DNA of 64,000 bases from the human T2T-CHM13v2.0 reference genome, Homo sapiens, in assembly GCF_009914755.1 (NCBI RefSeq), contig NC_060926.1; one strand, written 5' to 3'. This document shows, in pieces, positions 57,680 through 64,000 of the stretch; position 1 is the first letter of the stretch; each line of letters opens with the position of its first letter. A program made the position numbers and the translations under genes. Below the pieces are notes generated by a model. The model ran no database searches. It saw nothing but the letters and a program-made list of their open reading frames with translations, and was not told the origin of the DNA.

Positions 57680-57975
57680 TGTCTTTGTCTATTTTGTGCT
57701 GCTATAACAGAGTAATACTGACCGGGTAATTTATAAAAAACAGAAATTTATTTCTCTCAGCTCTGGACGCTGACATCTTGTCTGAAAAGGGACTTGTTGC
57801 TGCATCCTTCCTGACAGAAGGGCAAGCTAACTGACCATTGCGTGAGGCCTCTTTTATAAGGGCCTTAATCCCATTAATGAGGGAAGAACCCTCATGGCCT
57901 AATTACGTCTTAAACACCCTACTTTTTAAGACTAGCACTTTAACAACACCTGAATTTTGGAGGAGACACATTCAA
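57680..57975 (-). mobile_element. MST/MLT1A-type LTR
   Basis: TGCTGCTATAACAGAG...TAATCCCATTAATGAGGG...GGAGACACATTCAAA. Confidence 0.8.
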
Positions 57976-58013
57976 ATTTAGGATTTTGTTTGCATAAGCA
58001 AGACATGAGCCAT

Positions 58014-58208
58014 TGTATTAGTTTGTTTTCATGCTGCTGATATAGACATACCCAAGACTGGCGGAAAAAAAAAGAGGTTTAATTGGACTTATAGTTCCAC
58101 ATGACTGGGGAGGCCTTACAATCATGGTGGAAGGTGAAAGCCACTTCCTGCATGGTGGCCACAAGAGAAAATGAGGAAGCTGCAAAAGGGGAAACTCCTG
58201 ATAAAACC
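58014..58208 (-). mobile_element. Truncated THE1 LTR
   Basis: TGTATTAGTTTGTTTTCATGCTGCTGATATAGACATACCCAAGACTGG; stops mid-element. Confidence 0.85.
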
Positions 58209-58284
58209 CTTCAATGCATTACATTTTATTTAATCCTTACAACTTTTATTTAATCATCACAACTTCATGAGGTAGATCCTCATC

Positions 58285-58380
58285 ACAGGAAGGCCTTTTT
58301 GCATAATTCCATGAGGTGCCATTCACATTGTGATCTTTGTGAATGGGATCCCTGAAATTGTGTACTGCTCGGCTGCCTAT
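58285..58380. mobile_element. MER91-like palindromic hAT MITE
   Basis: Central inverted repeat CCATTCACA...TGTGAATGG. Confidence 0.55.
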
Positions 58381-58512
58381 TGGTATTATCTATTGCAATC
58401 TCCACTTTACAAATGAAGAAGCACAGAAAGGTTAAGTATCTTGCCCAGGCTTCCCAAGCTTGTAAGTGGTAGAGCTAAGATTTGCATTTAGGGTATCAGG
58501 TGTCTTCCAGGG

Positions 58513-58886
58513 TGATATGGTTTGGCTGTGTCCCCACCCAAATCTCATCTTGAATTGTAGTTCCCACAATCCCCATGTGTCGTGGGAGGGACCTGGTGGG
58601 AGGTAATTGAATCACGAGGGCATTTACCCTTATCCTGTTATCATGATAGTGAGTGAGTTTTCATGAGATCTGGTGGCTTTATAAGGGGACTTTCCCCCTT
58701 TGCTCGGCACTTCTCTCTCCTGCTGCCATGTGAAGAAAGGTGTGTTTGCTTCCGCTTCCACCATGATTGTAAGTTTCCTGAGGCCTCCCCAACCATGTGG
58801 AACTATGAGTCAATTAAACCTCTTTTCTTTATAAATTACCCAGTCTTGGGTATTTCTTCATAGCAGCATGAGAACGATCTAATACA
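58513..58886 (+). mobile_element. THE1 (C/D-like) solo LTR
   Basis: TGATATGGTTTGGCTGTGTCCCCACCC...CTAATACA; exact TSD CAGGG. Confidence 0.95.
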
Positions 58887-58989
58887 CAGGGTAAGAGCTC
58901 TTAACCACTGCGCTCTTGCATAGAATCTTACTGTTTGGCTAAAATGAAAAAGGTTATGTTAGATATACTTCTTAGATGATTATTTCTAG

Positions 58990-59190
58990 GGCATTGTTTC
59001 TCAAGCGGTGGTCCCTGGACTGGGAAGATTATCATCATGTGGGAGCTTGACAGATATTTGAACTATCATGACCCAGCTCCATCCCAGATGTATTGAATCA
59101 GAAACTGGGGGTAGGACCTAGCAATCTGTGTTTAACGAGCCCTCTAGCTGATTCCGATGCATGTTAAAGGATGAGAACTATTGTTTTAGG
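58990..59190. mobile_element. MER5A
   Basis: TTTCTCAAGCGGTGGTCCCTGGAC...GAATCAGAAACT...GAGAACTATTG. Confidence 0.8.
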
Positions 59191-60005
59191 AAATAACTTA
59201 GTTTTTTAAATGAAAAAATATTTTTAAAAACATGTTTTCATTTGTTTTAGAGCAATTTTCCTACTCAGATAAGTTTAAGTGTTGAATATACTCTTGATCT
59301 GTACTTTAAGAATTCTAAACTCACAGAATTCAAGGAAAAGGCAAGGGTGGGAACAGGGCAATCATCCTCTTGGGCTCCTCTTTAAAAATGATGTAGCTAC
59401 TCACTCCCTAGGTCTGTGTGTCTCCTCTCTCAAATGTTGAAACAAGGAGAAATTAATTTGTTTAGCTGTGCAGTGGGGTGCATCTCTTTGGGGCATCAAA
59501 TTATTCATCCATGACTGCCTTACCGATGTCCAGGGGAGGGGGTAGGGTCACATAGTACAAATGGGCCAGTAAAGTCTCTGTTGTGATGGAAGCAGGAGTC
59601 AAAATCTTTTGGAATAGAGCATGGATATAATTAATTCATCTCCAATACACAATTTACGTTTTATGTTATATAATATCAAATAGACAAGAATGTATTTTAT
59701 TCCATCACATTTTTCTTACTTAACATATTGCATTTGAGTTTCTAAAGTTGTTTGGGAAAGGAGGAAGACATAGGTGTGGCCAGAGATCAGAAGTCCAATG
59801 CAACACAGCAATTGGTGAGGTATTCAATGCATTTTTCTGTTAAATGGCAGCACAGACACCAAAGAAAGGCCCAGTAAATAAAAGGGATAAATCATTCCAT
59901 TAGCCAGATTAACTGAATTAAGATTGGTAATTTTTCTTTTAGGGACCTGAAGATATATTTTAAAAGAATGCGAAATGCAGTATTTGCTTATAAGAAAATA
60001 AAGTC

Positions 60006-60382
<377 letters not shown>

Positions 60383-60752
60383 CTATTTCCTGAACAATCT
60401 ATCACCTTTGAATAAACCCTGCCTGGGCCTTTTTGGTCCTGGCTGCCCTGTTTCTGCTATACTGCATTCTCACCGGCCCCAGTTTATTGGATCAGAGGTG
60501 GATATCTGACCAAGGAGAAACAAGCTATTTCAGCCAATCAGACTCTCTGACTCAATATTTTAGTACCTGAACTGCATTAATGATGCAGCACTGGACTCTT
60601 TGTACTGACAGTCCAGAACTGTATTGATTCTTGTCTTTCCTGAGATTATTCCATTTCCTTTTCCTTGTAGACCATGGGGTGATATTTTTATAATGCTCCT
60701 TTTAAAGTAATTTATTATTTAAAGACACATATACAGATGGTAAAATCTATAA

Positions 60753-61010
<258 letters not shown>

Positions 61011-61536
61011 TAAGGGCCTTTTAAGGTACAGCTGTGCTGTATTCATTACCTGATGGTGGTTACTCTAGAGTTACTTTTAATATTCGTACATGTATATTTC
61101 ATATACTCTTGTTCCATAAGACGCAATTTCTCAAAGATTTTTAACTTGAGCTAATTTAGTGGGTTTCTATTCCTTTCAAGCAAACATATTTCAAGACCCA
61201 TTATTATTTCAAGACCTATCATTATTAAAGATAATTTAGTAGTAGTGGTATTCATTCAAATAAATAAAGTGTGTGTGTGTGTCTGTGTGTGTTTAAAGCA
61301 TGCTATTCAAATCTCACTGAACTCTAGGATTAGAATAAACCTTAGGAATGTTCTAGCTTGTTCAAGGTCTAACAAAAGAAAAGAAAATTGAGAGCCAACT
61401 CAGAATCCTGAGATTTTTCTACCAAGCTACATCACTTTCCTAATACAAGAGACAGCAATCATATCAGCAAGAAATGCATATTTCAAAGATTAAATTATTT
61501 TTAATGCTTATTTTATTCTTAGAAAACTTAACTGCT

Positions 61537-61858
<322 letters not shown>

Positions 61859-62251
61859 AGAAAACTTAACTGCCTCAGTACTGAAAATAAATTATCTTAT
61901 GTAATATAACATCTATACATAAGCAACATTTTATATCATGATTGCTGGATATCAAGAACATCCAGAAAAGAAATTACTGCAATTTAAAATGGAATTTTAC
62001 TGACAACTACTAAATTTTCTTTCCTGCTTATTAATGTTAAATCATATAATAAAGTGAATTTAATGACATAGTGAGTCTTATGAGTATGAGAAACATTGCT
62101 TCCTCTTTGCTAAACCCATCACATGTAATTGAAGATTAATAATACCACATGTTGTAAAAATTGGCTTATTTTCATTAATGGAAGTCATATCACCATTTCT
62201 GATGTTATGTCCCGTTACCTAGAAAGAAAAAAGAAGCAGAATGCCTACAGG

Positions 62252-63214
62252 CAGGACCTGCTATGTAATTTGCAGGGCCCAGTGAAAAATGAAGATATGG
62301 GTGCCTTGTTCAAAAAGCAGAGGTGGGAGTGCCATTAAGGGTACTAAAATATCAAACTTTTCTTTCTTCAGATGTTTCTCTTTCTCTCAACTTGTCATGG
62401 TGTTTTTTATTTGCTACTTAATGTTGTGCTCCCTTGCAAGGGGAATGCTTAGAGGGCAAATGGAGACACTCACAGGTGCCCGGGGCCCCATTCCTGGATT
62501 TGCTATGTTTTCACTGTCTACCAGCTGCCAGGTTCACCCGCTTATCAGCTGCAGGACCAACGTGCTGCACCCTGCAAAGAACAGGAAGTCAACCTCCCCT
62601 TCACATGGCCTGCCACTAATCCACAGGATACAGGCACCCTCCTTCAAGACCATAACCTCCACACCAGGAGACATTCAGTACCCAGATCATGGGTGGGCGA
62701 GAGACTTGACCCTGCCAAGACACCCATCAAATGTGCCATGGTGCTAACAGCCTAGAGCAGGGATGCTACAGTCATGCCCAGGCCCAAGATGCTACTAGGT
62801 GCATGTACCCTACTCAGACCTTTCCCAAACATACCATGGTCCCTGCTGGAGGCAGAGGGTGCCAGCAGACCGCAATCCCACCTCCATGACCTGGTTGCTA
62901 CCCTGGGTAGAAGTGGTCACTTGGCAGGGGCAAAAAGAAGGAGGCTGGGCAGGGTTTTGGCTGCTGGAACATGGTAGAGCTAGCAGCTGAGAACCCCTCC
63001 TGGGAGGCAAGGAGATGGCAAGGGGGGGACATGTGTGAGCCAAGGTTCCAAGCCCCATCATATGCTCCATTGTCTCATCAAACTTCACTTAAAAACACAA
63101 AATCAAAGATAAAGATTTTTAAGGAGACTGCAGACATTAAACCCCAAAAGCAGGGCCCTTCTGAGCACCAGGTCCTATGGAACTGTACTGGTTACACCTA
63201 TGAAACCAGCCCTA
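62252..63214 (-). mobile_element. MER45-family (hAT-Tip100) DNA transposon
   Basis: TAATTTGCAGGGCCCAGTGAAAAATGAA at one end and GGGCCCTTCTGAGCAC...ATGAAACCAGCCCT at the other; GC-rich interior; degenerate 8-bp TSD. Confidence 0.8.
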
Positions 63215-64000
63215 TCTACCGAACTATATAGTTACTTCCAGGGCATGACAAAAATGAGATCACAGATACCTGTGTATATTTACAGGTATGTATTTATATC
63301 TGCTCTGAAATGTCTTTTTAGATGAAAATAGTATTACTGGTAGGATTCAAGTCAAGGTACAGTGCCAACCAGTCAAAATGATGAAGGTAATTCTTCCATA
63401 AACATATAGCTTTGATAAAGAAACAGATGGGAAAACATTGTGTACAAAAAAACTTTAAAATTTCTAAGGATTTTTTGCTATTACATGAAACACAGATGAT
63501 TATGTGTCTAATTTTTGGAGTCTCTCAGTCAGTCCTTCAGTTACAAGGAGTCATCATTTCTGTTTCTCTTCCACATTTCATTCAATAGTAATCCTCACCA
63601 ATCCTCAATGCCCAATCAAATTCCACCTTTTCTTTAAGGCCTTCTCCAGCTATCCCAATGTTATCCTTGGTTTGTTTGTCTCTTTTTTACCACTGGTAAT
63701 TGTTAATTACCTTCCAACAATATGTGTGTTGTGTTTCCAAACGAGACCTTTACTTTCTTTGAGGAGAAAATTCGGATTCTCTAGTATTCTCTGTGTTCTT
63801 TATTTCTTTATCTCCCTACTCAGGGTTTAAGAGTCTGTCTTGTATTGTGTATACCTAATCACATTCTTTTTTTAAATTAGGGCTCCAAATTGTCTACATT
63901 GTTAAGAACTTGCTTAAATGACAGCAAACTCTCCATTGGAAATAAGAGGCCAGTAGGAGATGAGGCTGTATGTGAACATAAAACCTTAGGCCAAAAATCA

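Noticed and set aside
62289-63088. GC-rich region with several overlapping ORFs
   Set aside because: Lies inside the MER45-family transposon; no transposase similarity recognised.

Overview
Repeat-dense, essentially non-coding primate (human/great-ape-like) genomic DNA, probably intronic or intergenic. More than half of the window is interspersed repeats: about 25 Alus, young L1PA and old L1M/HAL1 fragments, L2, MIR, MaLR elements (including one two-LTR copy), ERV1 solo LTRs (MER41, MER4, LTR8, LTR10) and DNA transposons (Tigger3, MER44, MER45, MER5, MER91). I cannot support any intact protein-coding gene; the ORF track is mostly Alu, L1 and simple-repeat artefact. One gene-derived sequence is recognisable: a decayed, 3'-truncated PPDPF pseudogene at about 14380-14660. 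The most interesting signals are small genome-repair and retroposition scars that can be read directly: a 46-bp templated insertion inside an Alu copied from 1.4 kb upstream, a 59-bp orphan poly(A) insert with a 20-bp TSD, fold-back duplications and an abutting inverted Alu pair. There are also candidate enhancers and splice signals. I found no convincing new biological system. Repeat subfamily names come from recalled consensus sequences and need RepeatMasker/Dfam confirmation.
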